Assembly (NCBI RefSeq): GCF_008189405.1
Contig: NZ_CP043316.1
Location: forward strand, 590,258 to 622,257
Origin: Candidatus Saccharimonadota bacterium
GTDB lineage: Bacteria; Pseudomonadota; Alphaproteobacteria; CAJXXZ01; 1604HC
Reading direction: 5' to 3'
Length of the DNA: 32,000 nt
A program made the translations under genes and the position numbers. Positions 8,350 to 17,166 of this stretch are shown here, one piece after another. Under the pieces are notes generated by a model. It did no database searches and was not told where the DNA came from. It saw only the letters and a list, made by a program, of their open reading frames with translations. The first letter of the stretch is position 1. Each line of letters opens with the position of its first letter.

Positions 8350-9786
8350 GTGAAAGAAATTAAAAATAGTGAAAAAACTTCTACAAATAATATTAATGAC
8401 ATTGGGGCAAAATCCGATATGTGCTGTGATCATAACTCAGTAGAAAAATGTTGTGATAGCAGTTCAATCGAACAATGTTGTGATATTGATTCAATAAATA
8501 ATGAAAATAAAGCATGCTGCTCAAGTGAAGCTACATGTAAACCTTCATACTTATCTACAAATCAATCAAATTCAAGCAATGCCGTATATTTGGATTACAG
8601 CGCTACAACACCATGTGACCCTAAGGTAGTGGATGCGATATGTGAAAGTTATCAATGCTTTGGTAATCCTCATTCAATAACCCATCAATATGGATGGGAT
8701 GCTACGGATCTTGTTGAAACTAGCCGTAAGAAAATTGCAAGCATTATCAAATCTGATTCGAAAGAGCTAATATTTACTTCTGGAGCAACAGAATCTAATA
8801 ATATATCTATTCAAGGCGTTGTGAAAAGCAGGCAAGAGAATGGGGTAAGTGATATGCATATCATAACCACAAATATAGAGCACAAAGCCACTTTAGAAAC
8901 ATGCCATGAACTGGAACAAAATGGGATCAAAGTAACATATCTATCAGTTGAAGCAAATGGATTGCTAGATTTACAAAAATTCCATGATGCTATCCAAAAA
9001 AACACAGTATTAGCATCTATAGGATGGGTAAACTCAGAGCTTGGAACAATTCAACCGATTAAGGCCATTGGTGAAATATGCAAAGAAAAAGGCATATTAC
9101 TACATGTTGATGCTGCACAAGCATTAGGTAGAATCAAAATTGACTTAAGTGATATACATGTAAATTTAATGAGCTTTTCTGCCCATAAATTCTATGGACC
9201 AAAAGGAATAGGCGCACTATATATCAAAAGGAAAACTAAAGTTTCTCCTATTGTGTTTGGTGGAAGACAAGAAAAAGGAATTAGATCTGGGACAGTTCCT
9301 GTACAACTATGTGTTGGAATGGCAAAAGCAGCAGAAATTGTAGAAGAATCACGCGAAGATGAATATGTAAGGATGCAAAGATTACAAAAGAAAACCTTAG
9401 ATCGCATCACATCATCCTTGGAAGATATATATGTCAATGGAGATTTGGATCAAAGAGTTCCACATAATATGAATATTAGCTTTGCATATATCGAAGGGGA
9501 AGCATTGATGATGAAATTGAAAAATTATGCTATGTCATCTGCTTCTGCATGCTCATCAACTACATTACAACCATCTTATGTGTTAGATGCGATTGGAATA
9601 GATGAAAATCTAATTCATACATCACTAAGGATTGTAATGGGAAGGTATACAACTGAAGAAGATATGGATAATTTTACAAATGATATTATAAAAGCTGTGA
9701 ATGACTTAAGAGATATGAGCCCACTTTGGGATATGAAGAAATCAGGCGTTGACCTAAAGAAGGTTAAATGGCATACACACCACTAA
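8350..9786 (+). CDS. iscS: cysteine desulfurase IscS with a Cys-doublet repeat N-terminal extension
   Basis: The IscS core runs from AVYLDYSATTP onward. It has the PLD-Lys motif SFSAHKFYGPKG, the catalytic loop SSASACSS and the C-terminus SPLWDM...VKWHTHH. The track start at 8305 is a TTG. The GTG at 8350 has a strong AGGAGA 5 nt upstream. The next ATG is at 8419. No start codon exists between 8419 and the core, so the Cys-rich segment is translated. Confidence 0.9.
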   Translation: MKEIKNSEKTSTNNINDIGAKSDMCCDHNSVEKCCDSSSIEQCCDIDSINNENKACCSSEATCKPSYLSTNQSNSSNAVYLDYSATTPCDPKVVDAICESYQCFGNPHSITHQYGWDATDLVETSRKKIASIIKSDSKELIFTSGATESNNISIQGVVKSRQENGVSDMHIITTNIEHKATLETCHELEQNGIKVTYLSVEANGLLDLQKFHDAIQKNTVLASIGWVNSELGTIQPIKAIGEICKEKGILLHVDAAQALGRIKIDLSDIHVNLMSFSAHKFYGPKGIGALYIKRKTKVSPIVFGGRQEKGIRSGTVPVQLCVGMAKAAEIVEESREDEYVRMQRLQKKTLDRITSSLEDIYVNGDLDQRVPHNMNISFAYIEGEALMMKLKNYAMSSASACSSTTLQPSYVLDAIGIDENLIHTSLRIVMGRYTTEEDMDNFTNDIIKAVNDLRDMSPLWDMKKSGVDLKKVKWHTHH

Positions 9787-10013
9787 AAGGGCAATTAGCA
9801 TATACATCGCTAATTTGCACACCATTCCAATTTGTATGCACACTAGATTTACTATGTAAAATTTGTAATAAAATACATAAGAATTTAGAAATTACAAAAA
9901 CAATCAATATGATAAGTTATATGAAAAACGCATATAATACAGTAAATAATATAAATAGAGCAAGCATAGCAAATATGAATATAAAGCATGATGAATATAG
10001 GAGGGAATCATGA
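9768..10013 (+). CDS. candidate 81-codon ORF filling the iscS-iscU spacer
   Basis: The ATG at 9768 is preceded by AGAAGG 4 nt upstream. The TGA at 10011-10013 overlaps the iscU ATG at 10010 (ATGA). The peptide contains C-x6-C-x5-C-x2-C. No family is recognised, and it could be non-coding. Confidence 0.25.
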   Translation: MAYTPLKGQLAYTSLICTPFQFVCTLDLLCKICNKIHKNLEITKTINMISYMKNAYNTVNNINRASIANMNIKHDEYRRES

Positions 10014-10405
10014 ATAGATACAACGAAAAAATAAATGAAACATTTAAGAATCCAAAAAATGTTGGATCAATGGATGAAACAGATCCAACAGTTGGGGTTG
10101 GATTTGTTGGATCACCAGGATGTGGAGATGTATTAAAAATTTACATCAAAGTTGATGATGAAGATAGAATTACTGACGTCAAATTCAAAACATTCGGATG
10201 TGGATCTGCAATTGCATCTAGCTCTGTTTTGACTGAAAAAGTAATAGGGCTTAAATTAGAAGAAGCAAAAAAAATCACAAATAAAGATATAGCAGATGAG
10301 TTGTCATTACCACCCATCAAAACACATTGTTCAGTTCTTGCTGAAGAAGCAATTACAGAAGCAATCGCAGACCTGATTTCTAAAAGATCTCAGCAAGCTG
10401 TATAA
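10010..10405 (+). CDS. iscU: Fe-S cluster assembly scaffold IscU
   Basis: Motifs present: NPKNVGS, GSPGCGDVLK, FKTFGCGSAIASSS, LPPIKTHCSVLAEEAI. A Shine-Dalgarno AGGAGGGA lies upstream. Confidence 0.92.
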   Translation: MNRYNEKINETFKNPKNVGSMDETDPTVGVGFVGSPGCGDVLKIYIKVDDEDRITDVKFKTFGCGSAIASSSVLTEKVIGLKLEEAKKITNKDIADELSLPPIKTHCSVLAEEAITEAIADLISKRSQQAV

Positions 10406-10496
10406 TAGAGCTTCATAAAGATGTACAATGAAGTGATGGGTGTTGTTAATTCACTTACCAACACCATAAATATAAATCAATACAAAGGAGAAAATC

Positions 10497-10892
10497 ATGA
10501 GCTGTTCTAGCAACACTACAAATATTAATAATGTAAAGATAAAACCAGAAGATATCACTCCTCCAATAATCTCAGAGAAAGCTGCTAGCAAAATCAATGA
10601 GAAATTCGAACAATATGCTGAGAAAAAAGGCCAAAAACCAGTTGGCATAAAAATCAATGTTGTACGAGATGGTTGTGCTGGATTAGCATATGGAATGGAA
10701 TATGTATTCGATATAAATGATAATGCATATATTACAACGAATGGTATAAAAGCTTTCATGGATGATCATGCATTAGAAATGCTATCAGATGCTACAATTG
10801 ATTACCATGAAACAGAAAGTGCATCAGGATTTGTATTCAACAATCCAAATGAACAGTGTAAATGCGCATGTGGGAAATCATTTAGTGCTTAA
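10497..10892 (+). CDS. iscA: A-type Fe-S carrier (IscA/HesB family)
   Basis: Motifs present: GIKINVVRDGCAG..Y and the C-terminal C.CACGKSF triad context. AAGGAGA lies 6 nt upstream of the ATG. Confidence 0.85.
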   Translation: MSCSSNTTNINNVKIKPEDITPPIISEKAASKINEKFEQYAEKKGQKPVGIKINVVRDGCAGLAYGMEYVFDINDNAYITTNGIKAFMDDHALEMLSDATIDYHETESASGFVFNNPNEQCKCACGKSFSA

Positions 10893-11478
10893 TCCAAGAA
10901 TAATCAAAGGAATATACAGAATGAAACAGATTCCTGTGATTCAACCTTCCAGACCACCATTAGCAAGAATCAGAAGAATCATATTTGATACTCTCGAACA
11001 TCGACATAAAATGGTTAAGGTCCTAGATTTATGCTGTGGCAGTGGTTCTCTTGGGTTAGAAGCATTATCAAGAGGAGCTTCTGAAGTTGTTTTTATAGAT
11101 AAAGATGCAAGCGTGATACAAAACCTAAACCAAACAATTAAGCGCTGGCATATCCCTACTGACATAGTAAACCCTAAAGCAAGAACTTATGTTTGTGATG
11201 CTACAAGGGTTAAAATCACTGAATGTTTCGATACCATATTTGTAGATCTACCATTTCTACACAAAAAAGAGAATATTATCCTATCGAATATTTTAAGTAA
11301 TAATTTGGCAAATACAGATTCTATCATTGTTGTAAAATCTATAAAAAATCACCACTATAACCATGATGGATTTGAAGTGATTAAGCAAAAAGATGAAGGC
11401 CGATCAAGTGTTATATTTTTTAAACGTAAAATTGAGCTAGATATTGAAAACAAGCAATTTGAAAAGCAATCTATTTAA
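10885..11478 (+). CDS. rsmD: 16S rRNA (guanine966-N2)-methyltransferase RsmD
   Basis: Motifs present: RIIKGIYR...RPPLARIRRIIFDTL, LDLCCGSGSLGLEALSRGA, and FVDLPF (a degenerate DPPF). The conserved RII.G motif is encoded upstream of the first ATG (10921). That supports the GTG at 10885, which overlaps the iscA stop by 8 nt. Confidence 0.75.
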   Translation: MLNPRIIKGIYRMKQIPVIQPSRPPLARIRRIIFDTLEHRHKMVKVLDLCCGSGSLGLEALSRGASEVVFIDKDASVIQNLNQTIKRWHIPTDIVNPKARTYVCDATRVKITECFDTIFVDLPFLHKKENIILSNILSNNLANTDSIIVVKSIKNHHYNHDGFEVIKQKDEGRSSVIFFKRKIELDIENKQFEKQSI

Positions 11479-11729
11479 CCATAAGAATAGCCTTAATCCT
11501 TAATATATACTTAAATAATTTCTATGGCGTCATAGCTTTTTATTAACATGGCCTTATATAGCTTGATTTGTTTTCAGTAACAAATATTATGATCATATAG
11601 ACTGATATAATCTTGTTGATTACACTTTAGATTAATGTATGCATTCCTTCTTTCATATTTATTGCATATGAAAAATTATTTCCTCACGTGCTTGGATATT
11701 TTTCTGAATATTATGTAAGAAACTTAAAA

Positions 11730-12500
11730 TTAACCTGCCTTTGACTGATTTTTTATTTTACTTTCCTCAATCTTCTTATCATATTTAATGTTTCTATATC
11801 TAGTTAATAATTTTCTGTGCTTAACATTACAATGCTTCCAAATAATTCTTTTAGCTAAATTGTATACTTCTTCTCCAATTTCACCTTTAATAGATCTTAA
11901 ATTTGCAAATGCTATTTCATAATCTTTATGATGAATATAAATCACATTTTCAGATTTTTTTGCTAACTTCACAATATTTTTATAATAAGATTCAGATAGT
12001 ATGTATTCAGGCATCAAATCTTCCTCTAAACTCATGCAATCAGGACGTAATAAACTATTAGTAAGCACAACCTCTTTAATATATTCAATACACAGTGGCT
12101 GGTTAGGACAACATGCTTCTTGTAACATTTGTATACAATCTATCAATGTAAAATCGTGCTCTACTTCTTTATTATTTAGCACTCTGATAAATTTATCTCG
12201 CATGATATTTCCAAAATTGATTATTTCTTTATTTTTCTTCTTAACCTGATCTGCAGAAAGATCCTCTCTCTTTAAGCTTTGATTCTTGGATAGCGCACTT
12301 AATAATGTTGTTTTTCTAGAATTTTGGCTTGAATTGACTAACTTTCTTTCTTCAGATAATAATTGGCAATATTCTTTTAAATTTCTTTTTGTAAATTCAA
12401 CTATAGAGCTTTTGTTTTCAAACAAGTCTATAGCCTCTTGTAAATCTTTCATATCTCCATATACGAAATTAAATATAAATAGATATAATAGTGGTTTCAT
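11730..12500 (-). CDS. hypothetical exported protein
   Basis: Long ORF with a signal-like N-terminus MKPLLYLFIFNFVYG counted from the first ATG (12500); the track start at 12518 is a TTG. No recognisable family. Confidence 0.55.
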   Translation of the reverse strand: MKPLLYLFIFNFVYGDMKDLQEAIDLFENKSSIVEFTKRNLKEYCQLLSEERKLVNSSQNSRKTTLLSALSKNQSLKREDLSADQVKKKNKEIINFGNIMRDKFIRVLNNKEVEHDFTLIDCIQMLQEACCPNQPLCIEYIKEVVLTNSLLRPDCMSLEEDLMPEYILSESYYKNIVKLAKKSENVIYIHHKDYEIAFANLRSIKGEIGEEVYNLAKRIIWKHCNVKHRKLLTRYRNIKYDKKIEESKIKNQSKAG

Positions 12501-12562
12501 GATGACACATTGCCACAAAACAAAACAATATGCAAAGGATTCAAAATGTATTTATTATTTAA

Positions 12563-13972
12563 TTAAGATCCAGTAAGAATGCGTTCAAATAATTCTTTTA
12601 CTGTTGGTATACATTTCTTACCATCTGCTGTTTTATAAAATGGATCTTGCCCAAATTTATATGCACTAGCTCCACTAAACATTAAATTATTATCTGTAGA
12701 TTGACCATGTGAAATATTATGCAAAGTTTTATAAATACAAAAAGATCTAGGATCTGGCTTCAATCCTGTATCGCCATCTTTATTGGACCAGTTACTAAAT
12801 TTACAATTACTCAAGCATCCAACACAATTAATTTGATCTTGTACAATTTGTTTCGCTTTATCTTCAGTAACAAATACAACAGTATGATCAGGAGTATAAA
12901 GCCCTTTTACATAACCTTCTTTATTCCATTTTAATACATTTGCTAAATCATCTTTGTTTAGATAAATATTTCTTCTTCCATATTTGTATGCCTCTGAGAA
13001 ATTATCATCTTGTTCGCGTGAATACGCTACTTGCCTTTCACTAATTCCTTGCAACTCTCTCATAAAACTATTCTGTACAGCAGAAGAATAAAACCCTGTT
13101 GGACTAAACTTATTAATAATAATCTCTTCTTCTTTAAGGTCAAAAAGTTTCATTTTCCACTCATCAGAAATAGGGCTTTCTTGTGTCAAAAGTGGCCTTG
13201 TTCCAAACTGAAACATCAATGGCTGTAATTCGGCATTATCAATCCAGTCTTTTTTCATATCATTCAAATGCCACACACCACCAGCGACAATAATAGGAAT
13301 TGAATGCAATCCCAAATTATTCATAACTTTTCGCAATGCTGTAACTCTATCCAATGAGCTTTCTCTTTTATCTGGATTTTCTCTGTTACTAATCCCTAAA
13401 TGACCACCAGATACCCATGGATCCTCATATACAACAGCGCCAAGAGCATCTTTATATTTAGAATATGCACGCATCCATAGAATTTTAAATACCAATGCTG
13501 ATGAAACAATTGGATAATAGAGCAATCCATATTTTGAAACTATTTCTCCTAATTGATATGGGATTCCAGCTCCACATGTTACTCCATCAAGCAAATGCCC
13601 TGCTTTTTCTAGGATACCATGCATCATTTCTTTTGTTTTAGCCAGCTCCCACAACACATTAATATTCAACATTCCATTACCATTAGAACGTTCTTTTGCT
13701 ATTTTAATTTGTGAAACTGTTGCGTTAATTGAATGCTCAGCTAATTGTTTTGATCTCTCAGCTCGAGTAGGGGCATCGAAATCATCTATCCCTTTGATTT
13801 GAACTAAATTATCTTCTTTTACATCTCCATACACAGCAGATATAGTACCTATACCCCCACATGCAGCCCATGCTCCAGAACTTTCTCCATTTGTAGCAGA
13901 AATTCCTTTTCCACCTTCAACCAAAGGGAATATCTCTTTACCTTTTATTATTAATTTATCTATTATACTCAT
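12563..13972 (-). CDS. nitronate monooxygenase (2-nitropropane dioxygenase)-family flavin oxidoreductase, long form
   Basis: N-terminal PLVEGGKGISATNGESSGAWAACGGIGTIS and a later IPIIVAGGV motif are typical of NMO/FMN TIM-barrel proteins. Its ATG overlaps the hflC stop (ATGA at 13969-13972), implying co-transcription. Confidence 0.6.
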   Translation of the reverse strand: MSIIDKLIIKGKEIFPLVEGGKGISATNGESSGAWAACGGIGTISAVYGDVKEDNLVQIKGIDDFDAPTRAERSKQLAEHSINATVSQIKIAKERSNGNGMLNINVLWELAKTKEMMHGILEKAGHLLDGVTCGAGIPYQLGEIVSKYGLLYYPIVSSALVFKILWMRAYSKYKDALGAVVYEDPWVSGGHLGISNRENPDKRESSLDRVTALRKVMNNLGLHSIPIIVAGGVWHLNDMKKDWIDNAELQPLMFQFGTRPLLTQESPISDEWKMKLFDLKEEEIIINKFSPTGFYSSAVQNSFMRELQGISERQVAYSREQDDNFSEAYKYGRRNIYLNKDDLANVLKWNKEGYVKGLYTPDHTVVFVTEDKAKQIVQDQINCVGCLSNCKFSNWSNKDGDTGLKPDPRSFCIYKTLHNISHGQSTDNNLMFSGASAYKFGQDPFYKTADGKKCIPTVKELFERILTGS

Positions 13973-14832
13973 AATGCCTCTTTTTTATTCAACATATTTT
14001 TATTTAACATATTAAAATATGGATGCTTACTAGAAAGCCAATATTTTACTCTACCATTTCCTAACGTTTTTTTATAGCTTTCCAAGTTCAATATAAGCTC
14101 TGAAAATTCTTTGTCTTTACTATAACAAGATTGTAAGATATTAATCGCGCTTGCATCAGCTTCCCCACGTATTGCATCAGCCTCTCTTCTTGCATTTGCA
14201 ATCACTGCAGCTGCCTCTAAGTCTGCATTAGATATTATTTCACGATAAGTTTGCTCTGCTTTTCCACGCCATTCTTGGGCTTCTTTCATACGATCACTAC
14301 GCATTCTATTAAATACAGCTTCATTATTCTCTTCAGGCAAGACGGCTTTTTTAATCCTTACTTCCATCATTCCAATTCCTAAAACCTTTACAGCTTTTTC
14401 TACACGATTATGAATTTCATTTACAATATCTTCTCTCTTAGTTGTCAGAATATCTTGCAATGAAACTTTTCCTAAAATATCACGTACATCACCTATAATA
14501 ATTAATTTCAATCGTTTTGCAGCAGCGCTTTGGTTATAAACACTCTTGAAAAACAAAACAGGATCAGCAATATAGTATCTAGCAAAGACATCAACCACTA
14601 AACGCTTCTGATCTCCTAACGTAAGCTCAACTTCTGAAACATCACAGTTCAACACCCTTTTTTCATAATAATGGATACTTTGAACAAATGGGACTCTAAA
14701 ATGCAAACCAGGGTTAGTATGGATTTTTGATAATCTACCAAACTCTGTCACTATAACTTGCTGAGCTTGATCCACAATAAACACACTATTAAAAAACAAA
14801 ATAATGAATATAGGAACAATAAAAATAATCAT
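13969..14832 (-). CDS. hflC: protease modulator HflC (SPFH/band-7 family)
   Basis: N-terminal TM segment, FIVDQAQQVIVTEFGR, PGLHFRVPF, VRIKKAVLPEE, RMRSDRMKEAQEWRGKAEQ, ARREADAIRGEADA. Confidence 0.9.
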   Translation of the reverse strand: MIIFIVPIFIILFFNSVFIVDQAQQVIVTEFGRLSKIHTNPGLHFRVPFVQSIHYYEKRVLNCDVSEVELTLGDQKRLVVDVFARYYIADPVLFFKSVYNQSAAAKRLKLIIIGDVRDILGKVSLQDILTTKREDIVNEIHNRVEKAVKVLGIGMMEVRIKKAVLPEENNEAVFNRMRSDRMKEAQEWRGKAEQTYREIISNADLEAAAVIANARREADAIRGEADASAINILQSCYSKDKEFSELILNLESYKKTLGNGRVKYWLSSKHPYFNMLNKNMLNKKEAL

Positions 14833-15008
14833 GATCTTACTACCATTCTTAAATCGTTCGCGAATAAAACTTCTTTTACAAACAAAATAATTGCTATCTT
14901 TTTAGGCAAATCAATTAATGCCTTTTCAAATAACATTGCAAATAAAACAGATATCATTTTTGAAACCATTATTACCTTTCTAAACAAGTTTTTAAATAAA
15001 ACAATCAT
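14829..15008 (-). CDS. candidate 59-codon small hydrophobic protein between hflK and hflC
   Basis: I translated this by hand. The ATG at 15008-15006 overlaps the hflK TGA (15007-15005). The TGA at 14831-14829 overlaps the hflC ATG (14832-14830). An internal ATG at 14969 is preceded by GAAAGG plus 5 nt. Peptide: MIVLFKNLFRKVIMVSKMISVLFAMLFEKALIDLPKKIAIILFVKEVLFANDLRMVVRS. It is one codon below the ORF-track cutoff. Confidence 0.4.
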   Translation of the reverse strand: MIVLFKNLFRKVIMVSKMISVLFAMLFEKALIDLPKKIAIILFVKEVLFANDLRMVVRS

Positions 15009-16228
15009 TTTTGCATCTCCTTCATATTTGGCATTTCTTTAACATTATTTATATGGCCATTACGTGTAATATTACCTACAACATTCTCTACAGTATGATC
15101 TTGATTCATGACTATAACATTTGAATCAACTATATTCATAGATTTACTATTACCAAGCACTTCATTTACTGTATCAAAAAACATAAACATTTTAGCAACC
15201 TCTGGATCTTTAGAATATGCCGACAGCTTTGCTTGAAAAGCTTTAAATTCTCCTTTGGCCGAAGCAATTCTTGATATTTTATAAGCTTCAGCTTTATTAA
15301 TAATAGAAGCAGCATCTCCCTTGGCTTTAGGCAGTATAAAATTAGCATAACTTTCTGCTTCATTACGCTTTGTTTCTTTCTCAACCTTTGCTTTTTGCAC
15401 ATCCCTGTATGAATCAATTACAGAGTCAGGTGGATCAATCTTACCCATTTGTACATCAACAATTTCAATCCCTATATTATATGAATTAAGTAACTGAGAT
15501 AGTGAATGCTTAATTTTTGCCCCGATAACAGTTCTGCCAACAGTCAAACATTCTTCCGCATTATGATTTGCAACAATTTGCCTAGCAATACTTTCAGTAG
15601 CAACCTTTAAGATTCCATCAGGATCAGTAGCTTTGAATATGTATTGCTGCAAGTCAGATATTTTCCAGAACACAGTCAAAAACACTCCCAGAATATTCTC
15701 ATCTTTTGTAAGCATTTTCCCATTACAACCAGGCAAAATAGAAGTGTTTACTTTATGGATTGTTGTTACATCTTTTATAATAACCTTATCAACTGGATAA
15801 GGCATTTTCCAATACCACCCTGATTTTTTATACCCATTTACAGATCCAAAGCGTAATGTAATTGCTTCTTCATTCAATTTCACCCAGTAAAATCCTGTAA
15901 AAAATGCCCAACACATAATTCCAACGATTCCCAAAATAGTAACGCTAAATTTACCTGGAATTAATTTGCCTGACGTCATCTTTTTAAAAAACACTTTTAA
16001 ATTTTTCATTTCAAAAACATCTTGGTCATTTAGACTAAAGTCTGATTTCCCATGCGCCTTTTTCCCGGACATAATTCTTTTTATATAATTTCTAATATGA
16101 TTCTGAAATTTGCTATCTGCCATCATTAAAAAAACAAATGATATTAAAGCAAACCCTAATATAAAAAGTATAAATTCAATTTTCAGCAAACTAATCACAA
16201 AAACCATTCCAAATACTACTGGTAACAT
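15005..16228 (-). CDS. hflK: protease modulator HflK (SPFH/band-7 family)
   Basis: TM segment, then FYWVKLNEEAITLRFG, IEIVDVQMGKIDPPDSV, VEKETKRNEAESYAN, PKAKGDAASIINKAEAYK. The first ~35 residues form an extra hydrophobic segment. The true start could be the ATG pair at 16126/16123. Confidence 0.88.
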   Translation of the reverse strand: MLPVVFGMVFVISLLKIEFILFILGFALISFVFLMMADSKFQNHIRNYIKRIMSGKKAHGKSDFSLNDQDVFEMKNLKVFFKKMTSGKLIPGKFSVTILGIVGIMCWAFFTGFYWVKLNEEAITLRFGSVNGYKKSGWYWKMPYPVDKVIIKDVTTIHKVNTSILPGCNGKMLTKDENILGVFLTVFWKISDLQQYIFKATDPDGILKVATESIARQIVANHNAEECLTVGRTVIGAKIKHSLSQLLNSYNIGIEIVDVQMGKIDPPDSVIDSYRDVQKAKVEKETKRNEAESYANFILPKAKGDAASIINKAEAYKISRIASAKGEFKAFQAKLSAYSKDPEVAKMFMFFDTVNEVLGNSKSMNIVDSNVIVMNQDHTVENVVGNITRNGHINNVKEMPNMKEMQK

Positions 16229-16365
16229 AATAGTAAAATTCTAACCTATAATCCAACAAAATAACATCTCTTTTGCTACCAAATTCACTATTAAAACAAT
16301 CTACTTTTACTATACATTCATATATATACATGATAATGTTTCGTTAACTGGAGATAAAATTAAGT

Positions 16366-17166
16366 ATGCACCCTAAATCAAATCAAAAAACGCATAAAAA
16401 AAACACGTATACTACGTATATCGTAGCTATTATTATTTTTATAAGAATCTTTCTATTCGAGCCATACATTGTTCCTTCTGAGTCTATGTCAAGGACAATG
16501 GAGAATGGAGATGTAGTGATTGCAACTAAATACAATTATGGATTTTCTCGCATGTCTATACCAATAATTGGTGGTTTTATTCCATTTTTCAACAAAAGAA
16601 TTTTTGCAAAAGATCCGAAGAGGGGGGATGTTATTTGCTTTTCTGTTGCCAAAGAACCTGGCAGACTTTACACAAAAAGAATCATTGGAGTTGGAAAAGA
16701 TACCGTCCAAGTTAAAGAGGGAATTATACACATCAATGATGAAGCTGTAAAAATGGAACAAACAGGTGAATATGAATTAAGTCATGACAATGGCCAAAAA
16801 GAGATGATGGATGTATTCCAAATTACCTTACCTTCTGGCAAATCATATGAAATATTAAGAAGAAAAATTGACAATATAAACAGCAGACAAATTGCTGTGG
16901 ATAATACTCCTGTATTTGAAGTGCCTGATGGGCATGTATTTTGCATGGGTGATAATATGCACTTCTCCAAAGATTTTAGATTTTTCGATTTTGTATCATC
17001 AATTTCTTACGATAGAATCATTGGCAAACCAACTTATATAATATTTGGATCCAAGGCGCGCTTACCAATAGAAAATAGCTGGATTAAATGGGCATTAAGA
17101 CTACCTATCAGTATTGCACAAAGCATATTCAATATTAAATGGAGCAGAATTGGAAGATCTATTTAA
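16366..17166 (+). CDS. lepB: signal peptidase I
   Basis: N-terminal TM segment, catalytic Ser box PSESMSRTM, Lys box YTKRIIGVGKD, and box E GDNMHFSKDFR. Confidence 0.85.
   Translation: MHPKSNQKTHKKNTYTTYIVAIIIFIRIFLFEPYIVPSESMSRTMENGDVVIATKYNYGFSRMSIPIIGGFIPFFNKRIFAKDPKRGDVICFSVAKEPGRLYTKRIIGVGKDTVQVKEGIIHINDEAVKMEQTGEYELSHDNGQKEMMDVFQITLPSGKSYEILRRKIDNINSRQIAVDNTPVFEVPDGHVFCMGDNMHFSKDFRFFDFVSSISYDRIIGKPTYIIFGSKARLPIENSWIKWALRLPISIAQSIFNIKWSRIGRSI

Noticed and set aside
10789-10884. Upstream part of the 229-aa ORF overlapping iscA
   Set aside because: This stretch is the alternate frame of the iscA 3' end. RsmD homology starts at RIIKG, so the gene most likely begins at GTG 10885.
11522-11544. 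Hairpin CTATG-gcgt-CATAG followed by CTTTTTATT downstream of rsmD, a possible intrinsic terminator
   Set aside because: The stem is only 5 bp and mostly A/T. It is too weak to call. Similar weak hairpins after recA (about 18945-18960), after priA (about 6281-6300) and between pld and tkt (about 26481-26513) were also not called.
14758-15042. 94-aa + strand ORF covering the hflK-hflC spacer
   Set aside because: It is on the opposite strand to the operon and its ends are antisense to hflC and hflK coding sequence. The sense-strand 59-codon ORF with ATGA overlaps explains the open region better.
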